A DNA stretch of 32,000 nt from Promethearchaeum syntrophicum. GTDB taxonomy: Archaea; Asgardarchaeota; Lokiarchaeia; Sigyniarchaeales; Promethearchaeaceae. Positions 1-8,540 of this stretch are shown piece after piece. Position numbers and translations under genes: made by a program. Where the stretch lies: contig NZ_CP042905.2 of NCBI RefSeq assembly GCF_008000775.2, positions 2,040,001 to 2,072,000 of the forward strand, read 5' to 3'. Under the pieces are notes generated by a model that saw only the letters and a program-made list of their open reading frames with translations, had not been told where the DNA came from and made no database searches. Position 1 is the stretch's first letter; each line of letters opens with the position of its first letter.

Positions 1-485
1 TTTATGCCTCTGGTAAGAGAGAGCTCTTTTGAGTTTCCAATTATATCATTCTTAAGAAATTCAAATGCGTCGTCATTATCTAAAATATTTATATATTCCA
101 CTGGAGGTAATGAATTTTCCTCACGGGTGATTTTATACGCAGATTTCATATCAACAAATGATTTTTCACATTTGTCAATTTTTAAATCACCTTCTGACCT
201 AATACTGGTAATTTTCTCCGAAAGTAATTTTTCCCAAGCTGAAATAGGTTCATTGATCGTAATTTTCATTGGGCGATCATATACTTGAATTAAACCCAAT
301 TGTTTTAATAGACTGAAAATCTTATAGATTCTCTTAATTGATAAATCCAAATTATTTGCTAATTCTTTTGGATTGTCAATTGATTGGTTTTTCAGAAGAT
401 AATCATAGACGATTTCAACTCCTTTTTCTTTCACTTCAATTGAGCTGAAAATTTCAATCAAACTTGAAAATGAATTCTTCTCCAT
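1..485 (-). CDS. TrmB-like winged-helix transcriptional regulator. The 3' end runs off the window and the ORF is absent from the supplied track.
   Basis: Manual reverse-complement translation from the ATG at 485-483 stays open to position 3. It reads MEKNSFSSLIEIFSSIEVKEKGVEIVYDYLLKNQSIDNPKELANNLDLSIKRIYKIFSLLKQLGLIQVYDRPMKITINEPISAWEKLLSEK... The HTH-wing pattern resembles the TrmB N-terminal domain. A 21-nt purine-rich spacer (AGGATAGAAGGGATAATATAT) separates it from the stop of the upstream GTPase gene. Confidence 0.6.
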   Translation of the reverse strand, partial: MEKNSFSSLIEIFSSIEVKEKGVEIVYDYLLKNQSIDNPKELANNLDLSIKRIYKIFSLLKQLGLIQVYDRPMKITINEPISAWEKLLSEKITSIRSEGDLKIDKCEKSFVDMKSAYKITREENSLPPVEYINILDNDDAFEFLKNDIIGNSKELSLTRGI

Positions 486-506
486 ATATATTATCCCTTC
501 TATCCT

Positions 507-1046
507 CTATAAGCAATTACTTAACATTATATCTGTAAGTTCTTGGAAAACTTTCTCTACATTATCTCCCCTTTTAGCACTAACTTCAATATGACCAACG
601 AGATTGTTCATATTAGCTGTTTGTTCACCGTGTTCATGAGGGATTTTTCGTGCATCTTCTAAATCAATTTTATTCCCTACAAGGTAAATTGGGATATCAT
701 TATTTTTTTCCCTAATAATTTGAATCCAACTATCAAGAGCATCGAGTGTCTCAGGTCTGGTTATATCATATAAAAAGAACACACCACTACTACCTAAGCA
801 ATACGTCGGAAGTAAAAACCGGAAACGTTTTTCACCTCCAAGATCCCAAATCTGGAGTTTTACTACTTTTTTTCCTTTTCCTTCTTTTGTATCGACTTCG
901 ACGGTTTTTACATAAAATTCTACTCCAACTGTTAATCTAATATCAGGATTAAAGACCCCGGTAATATATCTTTCAGATAAGCTTGTCTTTCCCGTGGATT
1001 CAGAGCCTAACATTAAAATTTTAAACGTGAAATCAATTTTTGACAT
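507..1046 (-). CDS. Ras-superfamily small GTPase, Rab/Ras-like
   Basis: G1 is GSESTGKTS. The switch I region LTVGVEF resembles Rab TIGVEF. G3 is WDLGGEKRF, G4 is GNKIDL and G5 is SAK. At 179 aa it has the typical size. Confidence 0.85.
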   Translation of the reverse strand: MSKIDFTFKILMLGSESTGKTSLSERYITGVFNPDIRLTVGVEFYVKTVEVDTKEGKGKKVVKLQIWDLGGEKRFRFLLPTYCLGSSGVFFLYDITRPETLDALDSWIQIIREKNNDIPIYLVGNKIDLEDARKIPHEHGEQTANMNNLVGHIEVSAKRGDNVEKVFQELTDIMLSNCL

Positions 1047-1214
1047 TTTAGTTTCCTTCTGATATGATATTGATAAAAAACTTGAGTTTTGCTTGTATGA
1101 TTATTTATGATTCCATAATATAAATTCGAGTTTATTTTTTTTTCTCTATATTGAAAAATTGTAAATTTTTAATATATATATTTTTAGAATTAAGTTAGAT
1201 AGTGAAAAAAATTC

Positions 1215-1820
1215 ATGGTAGAAGTAAAATTTGGACTAAAAAACCCTTATAAAGTATACATAGTGAGAAATTGGCGGGATCTTATAGATCAAATCAGAAT
1301 ATCATCAATATTTACTATTGGTTTATTAATTGTTGCAATTTATCAAAATATAATTCATAATAATACTAGAATTTATTTTTATATTTGGCCATTAATTAGT
1401 TTGATATTGTTAATCTATTTTTTAATTCCAACTTCTAAAATCACTTTTGATTTGGAAAAAAATTTCTGGAAGATACAATATTACGCAATTGTGCCGATTA
1501 AAAAGTTTGAAGGGACAATCTCATCGTTAACTAAAATAATATCAACTGAAAATATAGATGAGAGAAAAAAATATAAATATTCTTTAAAAAATTCGAAATT
1601 ATATTCTGATTTAAGTGTTTTAGAGTCGAATAATGAAGGTGAATATAAAAAAAAGATTATTTATTCCAATAAAACGTATAGTTATCAATCTCATAAATAT
1701 AATGTAAAGCAGAATGAAAAAATCGGAATAGTGCTCGAAAATTTTTTCCAAAATTTAAATATACAAATTGAATTTGAGAAATTATTTAATCATTTCCCAA
1801 ATACGAACATAAAAAAATAA
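1215..1820 (+). CDS. Hypothetical membrane protein with two predicted TM helices and a Lys/Asn-rich tail
   Basis: ORF of 201 aa. Hydrophobic segments are IFTIGLLIVAIYQNII and YFYIWPLISLILLIYFLI. I recognise no family. Confidence 0.4.
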   Translation: MVEVKFGLKNPYKVYIVRNWRDLIDQIRISSIFTIGLLIVAIYQNIIHNNTRIYFYIWPLISLILLIYFLIPTSKITFDLEKNFWKIQYYAIVPIKKFEGTISSLTKIISTENIDERKKYKYSLKNSKLYSDLSVLESNNEGEYKKKIIYSNKTYSYQSHKYNVKQNEKIGIVLENFFQNLNIQIEFEKLFNHFPNTNIKK

Positions 1821-1841
1821 TAAAAATATTAAATAATTATA

Positions 1842-2861
1842 GTGTCAAAAACAAAATCAACTAAAAAAACTAATATCGTATCTACTTCTTATGTTAGAAA
1901 TCAAGCTCGAAGGAAAGTACTACAAACAGAAGCAAAAAGAGAAAGAGAAGGTCGAAAATTAGGATTTTTTTTACTAAAAAACCAATTTAGAGAAAATTAT
2001 GGACTACTTAAATGGGATTTATTACTTACGATTCTTTTATTAGCTGCATTTTTCTGGGGTCGAGGGCTTACATTTTTAGCCATTATAGTATATTTACAAA
2101 TTTACGTTGCTTCATACTTTATATTTAATTATAGAAAATATAGATTGGCACCTTTCATAATGAGTTTTTCAATTTTACCATTCATTATTTATATAATGAG
2201 TCCAAATTTTGAAAGATATCTCGATCCTGATTTAATGGAACTTTTCAAAAGTTCTTTTCTATTTAGCACTTGGGCAATTTTATCATATGGCGCTTTTTGG
2301 TTTATAATTATTTATAAAAATAGGAGAGAATATCAAAATGCCCAAGAAAAAGAATTGTGTCTGGTGTGTGGTAAGCAAAAAGAAGATTTCGTAATACATA
2401 TGGGGCACTTTTTATGTAAAGAATGCTATTTAGAACAAGCATATAAGCTAAAAAATTTCAACGGGATCGATATTTATATGTGGGATTATGAAGTATTATC
2501 TTATCTAGAACACCAAATTGGGGAAAAAATTCCAAATTATAATTTAACTGAAGAAAATAATATTTTCAAACCTGAATTTGAAAACAAATTATTTTTTAGT
2601 GTTGAAGAAAATAGTGTAACAGCCATTTCAATCCCTAATAAAAGAATAAAACTAAATTTGCCAGAAGAAATTGGATTGCTTCACACTCTCAGATTTTTGA
2701 ATTTTCCAGGGAACCAAATATCAAAACTGCCTTACTCTATGAGAACTTTATTCCAATTAAAATTTCTAAATTTAAAAAACAATCCTCTTGAGTATCTTCC
2801 TGGTCACAGTTTAAAATCTCTAACTCTTTTAAAAAGAAGAGGATGTAATATATTAAGATAA
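1842..2861 (+). CDS. Membrane protein with a central zinc-ribbon-like CxxC...CxxC and C-terminal leucine-rich repeats
   Basis: GTG start. The N-terminus is basic and is followed by several TM helices. The Cys motif is CLVCGK...CKEC. The LRR consensus is seen in LPEEIGLLHTLRFLNFPGNQISKLPYSMRTLFQLKFLNLKNNPLEYLP. Confidence 0.55.
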   Translation: MSKTKSTKKTNIVSTSYVRNQARRKVLQTEAKREREGRKLGFFLLKNQFRENYGLLKWDLLLTILLLAAFFWGRGLTFLAIIVYLQIYVASYFIFNYRKYRLAPFIMSFSILPFIIYIMSPNFERYLDPDLMELFKSSFLFSTWAILSYGAFWFIIIYKNRREYQNAQEKELCLVCGKQKEDFVIHMGHFLCKECYLEQAYKLKNFNGIDIYMWDYEVLSYLEHQIGEKIPNYNLTEENNIFKPEFENKLFFSVEENSVTAISIPNKRIKLNLPEEIGLLHTLRFLNFPGNQISKLPYSMRTLFQLKFLNLKNNPLEYLPGHSLKSLTLLKRRGCNILR

Positions 2862-2868
2862 TACTTCT

Positions 2869-3678
2869 CTATTTATTTTTTAATATTTGAATTGAGTTAT
2901 AGATTAAATTTCTCATTGGGGTAAAATCTTCATTTTCAAGAGAAATTTCAAGAATTTTTTCAGCTTTTTTACCACCAAGCGAAGTTATTCCTTCAAATAT
3001 CGCTTTTCTAACTGCTAAATCCTTCTCATTTTCTAGCATTTTTTGAAAAGTTTTTTTAATCCATTTACGATTCCCTGTTTCAGAAATAATTTTTATTCCC
3101 TCAATACGTTCTAAAAAATCTTCAGAATTAATCATAATTTGCGCTAATTTGACATTATCTGGATTGATTTCTTTCATTAAGCGGGCAGCTAACTCTTTTC
3201 GTTGAGGAGATCTATCTTGGAGATATTGTTCTAAAATTTCTTCTCTATTTCCCGGTGTTTTTAAAAGTGTTCGAATTGCTTGCTGTTGTAAAGGTTTATG
3301 AGATGAAAATATTAAATTGATGATGAATGGAGTAAAGATCGAATTTTTCAAAGATGAAACAAGCTGCAATCCTTTTATTTGATATATTGGGCGACTTTCA
3401 GCTTTAATTAAATACATTGCAATTTTGTGACCCGATTTCGAGGGAACTGAAATCATCGTTAGTTGATTTAGAAAGTATGGGATTAAATTTGAATTCAAAT
3501 GAGAAATTAAATAATTTAATATCTGATCCGTATACTGATATGTCTTATCAAGAATTTCTTCTAATAATTTTTCTATTACTAAATCTATTTTCTTGAATTT
3601 AACTATATTTTGAGAATTTTCGGTTATGTCTTTCAAAAAATTTATAGTCTCACTGTTTTCCTCACAAAAATATGACAT
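2869..3678 (-). CDS. Hypothetical alpha-helical repeat protein, possibly HEAT/PBS-lyase-like
   Basis: ORF of 269 aa. The segment DLAVRKAIFEGITSLGGKKAEKIL resembles a HEAT-like repeat. The family assignment is weak. Confidence 0.4.
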   Translation of the reverse strand: MSYFCEENSETINFLKDITENSQNIVKFKKIDLVIEKLLEEILDKTYQYTDQILNYLISHLNSNLIPYFLNQLTMISVPSKSGHKIAMYLIKAESRPIYQIKGLQLVSSLKNSIFTPFIINLIFSSHKPLQQQAIRTLLKTPGNREEILEQYLQDRSPQRKELAARLMKEINPDNVKLAQIMINSEDFLERIEGIKIISETGNRKWIKKTFQKMLENEKDLAVRKAIFEGITSLGGKKAEKILEISLENEDFTPMRNLIYNSIQILKNK

Positions 3679-3878
3679 ATATTAATCTAAAAAAGGATTT
3701 AGATTATTAAAAGTATTTTTATTAAATAGTAATTAAAACAATAGCAATATTGGCGATTATAAAATAATAGGGAAACATTTTTTTACACAAACGTTTTATC
3801 AATAACTATAATAATTATTATTATTAAATAGCTAAAATAAAATAAAGAGATTTTAGAAATTCAGTTGATGATCTAATT

Positions 3879-5267
3879 ATGGAATTTGATGCAACTTTAG
3901 AGAAGGAAGCAATGGAAATTATATTTAATTTGATTCAAAGAACTTCTGAGATAGTTCTATTTAGAGTTTATTATGATTCAGGTGATCGAAAATCTGTATT
4001 TTTAGATCTCGGGAAAACTGCCAATCAAATTTTAGGGATTCCTCAACGAATTTCTGTTGATGAATTTCTTTCACTTGTTCATCCCGATTATCTCGACGAT
4101 TTAAATTCAACAATTCATGATTTAAGAGAAATAAATCAAGTTTTAGATTATGAAGTTCAGTTTTTTAATCCTAACATTAAAAAATATATTTGGATACATA
4201 TTTTAACGAACTATTTGCCAATAAATGATAAAAATAAGGATAAAAGATGTGTTATTGGAATTATAGAGGATATAACAGATATAAAAAATCGAGAATCGAG
4301 TTTATATTTAAAAGATGAACAGATCCAAAGTTATAAGGTAGTTTCTGTCATCGCTTCTATGCTTATGCATAAAAATGAAGAATTAACTGAAAACATCTCT
4401 GAAATATTAAAAACTATGGGGAATTCATTAAAAGCTACATGTATCGCAGTATACCGAGATACTAATGAAATTAGTAATAAAGAATCAGAAAATCAAACTT
4501 CTTATGTTTTATCAGATAAATGGTGTATCCAACAAGAAGATAAATTTTGTAAAGAATTTGATAATTTATTTGTTAATGAATTATTATATGAGTTAGAATG
4601 TTCTTCGATGAAGATGTATACAGAAAGAAATTCTGATGAATATCCAAGTGAGTTAATTCCATTATTAGAACGAGCAAAAATTGGTTCATTTTTACGCGTT
4701 CCCATTTTTATTGGGAAAGAACGTTATGGAACTCTGATAGTGAATTATGCAGATAAAAATCGGAAATTCAAACATAATGAAATTGTGTTATGTCTAAATA
4801 TCACCTATTTAATTGGATTAGGATTAAAAATAAATAAGGAAAATGAATCAAAAATAGACCTATTACAATTTTTTGATGATTTACAATTAGGAGTTTTCAT
4901 CATTCAGCAAAATGAGGCAGGAATATATAGATTTGCTTATGTAAACTCCCAAATATGTAAAATATCTGGATATACTAAGGAGGAAATTTACACGGTTCCT
5001 AATTTTACTGATGTGGTTGCAATCAAAGATGAATCTTTCATAAGATCTTTCCAATCAAAAGAATTTGCTGTTAAAAATTTGCCTAAATCGTTTGAAATTA
5101 ACATTAATGTAAAAAATGGTAATTTACCTGTAAAAATCTCCTTAGCTAACGGTGAATTTAATGATCACTATGCAATCTACGGATTAGTTTTCCAATCATT
5201 AAAAGAAAATGATGTTTCGGCCCATTATACTGAAATAATTGAGAAAATCAATCAAAAATCCCATTAG
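3879..5267 (+). CDS. PAS-GAF-PAS sensor protein with no recognisable output domain
   Basis: N-terminal PAS features are VHPDYLDD and GIIEDITDIKNRE. The central GAF-like end is GSFLRVPIFIGKERYGTLIVNYADKNRKFKHNEI. The C-terminal PAS-like start is GVFIIQQNEAGIYRFAYVNSQICKISGYTKEEI. Confidence 0.6.
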   Translation: MEFDATLEKEAMEIIFNLIQRTSEIVLFRVYYDSGDRKSVFLDLGKTANQILGIPQRISVDEFLSLVHPDYLDDLNSTIHDLREINQVLDYEVQFFNPNIKKYIWIHILTNYLPINDKNKDKRCVIGIIEDITDIKNRESSLYLKDEQIQSYKVVSVIASMLMHKNEELTENISEILKTMGNSLKATCIAVYRDTNEISNKESENQTSYVLSDKWCIQQEDKFCKEFDNLFVNELLYELECSSMKMYTERNSDEYPSELIPLLERAKIGSFLRVPIFIGKERYGTLIVNYADKNRKFKHNEIVLCLNITYLIGLGLKINKENESKIDLLQFFDDLQLGVFIIQQNEAGIYRFAYVNSQICKISGYTKEEIYTVPNFTDVVAIKDESFIRSFQSKEFAVKNLPKSFEININVKNGNLPVKISLANGEFNDHYAIYGLVFQSLKENDVSAHYTEIIEKINQKSH

Positions 5268-5429
5268 ATCTATCAATACGGATGAATAAAAAAACCACAA
5301 ATGTAGATGCTACCTTTTTCATTCTTTCTCCGAAATTCCTATAAAAAAGCTTTTTAACACACCGTTTTCAAATTTAAAATAATTAGTGAAATTTATCTCA
5401 TATGTCTATTTAAAGAGAATAAAAATTAG

Positions 5430-6929
5430 TTGAAAATTATGTTATATAATAAAATTGAAGAAAAAGATGTCGAATTCTTTGAATCTGTCGTAGGTAAAAG
5501 GTTTGTTTCGGCCAATCCCGCTATTTGTGCAAGTTATTCAAGTAAATCAATAATGGGTCTTGAATCCCAAATTGCTGAAGCAGTAGTACGACCAAGATAC
5601 ACCAATGAAGTTCGAAATATTCTTATATGGTGTTCAGATCGAAGAATTCCGGTCACACCAGTTTCCGCTGGATTATCCGGTGGTTTTGCATGCCCCGTAT
5701 TTAAACCTGCGGGAGTCCATCTTGATATGAGCAGAATGGATCGAATTATCGAGATTGATGAAGACAATAGATACGTTGTAATCGAACCGGGAGTCACAAA
5801 CGGTGAGCTGTGGGCTTATATGAAGAAATATCACCCCGATTACATCCCTCCGATAGCTGACGGAGCACCTCCAGCTGCAACTGTTCTAGGAGACGGTATT
5901 GATAGAGGTTTCTCTTTGGTAACTAGCTCTATGGGGCCACAAGGAGAAATTTTTATGGGTGCTGAAGTTGTAATGCCTACAGGTGATATATTGAATTATG
6001 GTTCAATGGCGCTAAACGGTACTAAGCCGTTTTATAGATGGGGTTTAGGACCTGAATTGTTCTCAACTTTGATGGGTAGCCAAGGAACTATGGGTATCGT
6101 CACCAAAGGTGTAGTTAAAATATTCCCACACCCTCATTTTAAAACCGTTAAAGCATGGGCTATGGGAAATCCACAAGATATGCAAGATTTAACCCTTCAG
6201 ATCGGGAAACTTGAATTTGGGATCGCACATAATACTGTGATGGTTCAAGGTGGAAACTGGCCTCTGGTTATGACTCGCTGGCCAAAAGATAAGGTTCCTA
6301 ATGATTATTCATTTTATGAAAAAATTGGTATTCCTAAATGGTGGATGAATTGGGAGATTTGGGCAAATACACAAGAAGAGTTAGACTTTGTTTGTAAAAC
6401 TATTGATGAATATGCAATTAACTTTAAAAATTCAGACAAATGTCGAGAACCAGATGCTATTCGAGAATGGAAACTTCATCCAAAACAGATCGAATCACGT
6501 ATGAAAAAACCAAATAAAATTGCTGTGCCCTATAGTTGGTGGGAAGCTGGTTTTCTATTCATTACATGGTATACTCCATGGAATGAATGCGCTGAATTTG
6601 CGGAATACTATAACAGCATTCTCAAAAAATATGGGTTTGCCGAAGTTATGTGGATCGCTTCAATCGAACGATGCAGACAAGCTATCTGTATGCCAATCGT
6701 GTGCTTTGATAGTAGCAAACCTGATGATTTCATCAGAGTTCAGGATATGAATCGCGAAACGACGGAATATTGTCTAAAGAAGGGTTGGATAAATTACAGG
6801 CCTGATCCAAACATTCACGCACCATCAACCTACAGCATGGCCGGTACTTACCTTAAATATTTGCGAAAGGTCAAAGAAATGTTCGATCCGAATTATATCA
6901 TGCACCCAGGGAGGCTTATGCTACCATAG
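5430..6929 (+). CDS. FAD-binding (PCMH-type) oxidase/dehydrogenase, GlcD/D-lactate-dehydrogenase-like
   Basis: FAD_binding_4-like N-terminal half with PVTPVSAGLSGGF and GVTNGELW. The length of 499 aa fits. The true start may be the ATG at 5439 rather than the TTG at 5430. Confidence 0.8.
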   Translation: MKIMLYNKIEEKDVEFFESVVGKRFVSANPAICASYSSKSIMGLESQIAEAVVRPRYTNEVRNILIWCSDRRIPVTPVSAGLSGGFACPVFKPAGVHLDMSRMDRIIEIDEDNRYVVIEPGVTNGELWAYMKKYHPDYIPPIADGAPPAATVLGDGIDRGFSLVTSSMGPQGEIFMGAEVVMPTGDILNYGSMALNGTKPFYRWGLGPELFSTLMGSQGTMGIVTKGVVKIFPHPHFKTVKAWAMGNPQDMQDLTLQIGKLEFGIAHNTVMVQGGNWPLVMTRWPKDKVPNDYSFYEKIGIPKWWMNWEIWANTQEELDFVCKTIDEYAINFKNSDKCREPDAIREWKLHPKQIESRMKKPNKIAVPYSWWEAGFLFITWYTPWNECAEFAEYYNSILKKYGFAEVMWIASIERCRQAICMPIVCFDSSKPDDFIRVQDMNRETTEYCLKKGWINYRPDPNIHAPSTYSMAGTYLKYLRKVKEMFDPNYIMHPGRLMLP

Positions 6930-6945
6930 GTAGGGAGTGATTATC

Positions 6946-8373
6946 ATGGAACGATTAAGAGAATTAAAAGGTGATATTTACAAGTGCATTCATTGCAAAG
7001 CTTGTAGATTTTCATATAGTGGAGAACCAGATAAAGAAGGTTTAGGTGTACATGTTGGAACTCAAGGAGATGAAACTTTCTATGAAGGTATGGTTCAATC
7101 TTGCCCTGCTGGAATAGAATATGGCTGGGAAGCATATTGGAATGCAGGAAAAATCTGGATTGCACGTGCAGTATTAGAAGGTGACCTTGATTTAGTGAAA
7201 AATGGTCAAGATATTGCCGATGTAGTATATCCTTGTATTACTTGCGGAATGTGTGCTGCTCAATGTGAAAATCAAATTCGAACTGTTGAAATCATCGAGG
7301 CACTTCGGGCTGCCGTTATCGAAGCTGGCTTCAAACCCCTTGGCAAACATGCTTGGATGACGAATGCATCTAAAACCAAAGGTAATCCCTATGGTGGTGT
7401 GAAAGAAGAGCGAACTAAATGGGCTGTGGATGCTGGCTTTAAAGATATGATCAACAAAACAGGTACGAAAATTGCCTACTATGTCGGCTGTACGGCATCA
7501 TATCGTCAGAAAAACGTAGCAGCAGCGACGGTTGATTTAATGCAGAAACTGGGTTACGATATAACTTTATTAAAAGAGGAGCAATGTTGTGGCAGTCCAT
7601 TCTTCAGAACGGGTATTATGGATGAGGCATTACGATCTATGAATCATAATCTCGAAATTTTCAAAGATTTTGACCTATTAGTGTTTTCCTGCGCTGGTTG
7701 TTATCGTACTTTCACGATTGATTACATGAAGTGGGCTCCTGAAAAAGTTAAATATAAAACCATGCATGCAATGGAATTAATTTCGGAGATGGTACGTATG
7801 GGCAAAATTAAGTTCAAAGAACATCCAGATCTCAAAGGGAAAGTCGCCACATATCATGATCCTTGTCATACAGGAAGACATTATGGACTTTGGTATAAAG
7901 AGCGATTAATTGAGGAATCAAACAACATTATGATGGATATGCGCGCAATTAATAAAATTATTGATGATTGGTATGAAATTCCACGCCGAATTATAAAAGC
8001 TATCCCGGGACTCAAATTCAATGAAATGTACCGAATTAAAATGGATAGTTTTTGTTGTGGTGCAGGTGGTGGTGTTCGAGCCCAATATCCGGAATTCAGC
8101 GTACGAACAGCCCATCTTAGGATGGACGAAGGTGATGCAGTGGGTGCAGATTTTATGTTGACTGAATGTCCATTCTGTTGGCGTAATTTGGATGATGCTA
8201 ACACAGAATATAAACACGGAAAGAAGGTAATGACTATCTTAGAGATGATTTCAACCTACGATCTAATTGAAGATGCCTCAGCGATACGTATTGAAGATGC
8301 CTTGCGTGAGCACCATACCGAAACTCTTTTCCCTTCTGTTCAAAAGAAGAAGAAGAAAACCAAGAAAAAGTAA
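6946..8373 (+). CDS. Fe-S oxidoreductase with 2x[4Fe-4S] motifs and two CCG domains, GlcF/HdrD-like
   Basis: Cluster motifs are CIHCKAC...C and CITCGMCAAQC. CCG motifs are EEQCCGSPF, HDPCH and DSFCCGAGGG. I prefer the ATG at 6946 over the track's GTG at 6937 because GGGAGTGAT lies just upstream. The C-terminal tail is KKKKKTKKK. Confidence 0.8.
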   Translation: MERLRELKGDIYKCIHCKACRFSYSGEPDKEGLGVHVGTQGDETFYEGMVQSCPAGIEYGWEAYWNAGKIWIARAVLEGDLDLVKNGQDIADVVYPCITCGMCAAQCENQIRTVEIIEALRAAVIEAGFKPLGKHAWMTNASKTKGNPYGGVKEERTKWAVDAGFKDMINKTGTKIAYYVGCTASYRQKNVAAATVDLMQKLGYDITLLKEEQCCGSPFFRTGIMDEALRSMNHNLEIFKDFDLLVFSCAGCYRTFTIDYMKWAPEKVKYKTMHAMELISEMVRMGKIKFKEHPDLKGKVATYHDPCHTGRHYGLWYKERLIEESNNIMMDMRAINKIIDDWYEIPRRIIKAIPGLKFNEMYRIKMDSFCCGAGGGVRAQYPEFSVRTAHLRMDEGDAVGADFMLTECPFCWRNLDDANTEYKHGKKVMTILEMISTYDLIEDASAIRIEDALREHHTETLFPSVQKKKKKTKKK

Positions 8374-8409
8374 TTAGAAATTCACCTCAATCGATTTGGT
8401 TAGGTAAAC

Positions 8410-8426
8410 TTTTTTTTCATTTTTTT
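8410..8426 (+). terminator. Oligo-T tract, a putative archaeal intrinsic terminator
   Basis: T8 followed by CAT then T6, about 40 nt after the stop at 8373. Oligo-T termination is established for archaeal RNA polymerase. The AT-rich background lowers specificity. Confidence 0.3.
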
Positions 8427-8540
8427 ATCTCATTAATCTCAAATAAATTTCTTATATTCATTGATTTTAAAAAATGTTTTTTTTTATATTGTGAAAAGTT
8501 CAATTAAAGATGGGGCATATAATTATAACAAGACTGTACG

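Noticed and set aside
4-288. 94-aa plus-strand ORF from the track
   Set aside because: It lies entirely antisense to a longer, family-like minus-strand ORF, the TrmB-like one that is open from 485 to the window edge. Its own sequence is low-complexity (SSFEFPIISFLRNSNASS). I treat it as a shadow ORF.
507-515. C-terminal Cys of the Rab-like GTPase (...LSNCL) as a prenylation signal
   Set aside because: The Cys is at position -2, so this is not a CAAX, CC or CXC motif. Protein prenyltransferases are not established for this lineage.
507-2861. A split ROCO (LRR-Roc) system formed by the GTPase and the LRR protein
   Set aside because: The two genes are on opposite strands with another ORF between them. 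No COR domain is visible, and the GTPase looks Rab-like rather than Roc-like. I kept this only as a low-interest hypothesis.
5534-5797. 87-aa minus-strand ORF, plus other short antisense or off-frame track ORFs
   Set aside because: All are embedded in, and shorter than, genes with clear family signatures. None shows a recognisable motif. The other ORFs are:
- 746-940
- 4502-4705
- 6520-6750
- 6944-7165
- 8851-9081
- 12879-13094
- 13565-13762
- 14017-14211
- 15808-16050
- 16513-16695
- 17300-17506
- 22328-22525
- 23980-24177
- 26970-27164
- 29554-29739
7881-8217. Two overlapping minus-strand ORFs (107 and 99 aa)
   Set aside because: Both are antisense to the CCG-domain Fe-S oxidoreductase. 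Neither has recognisable motifs.
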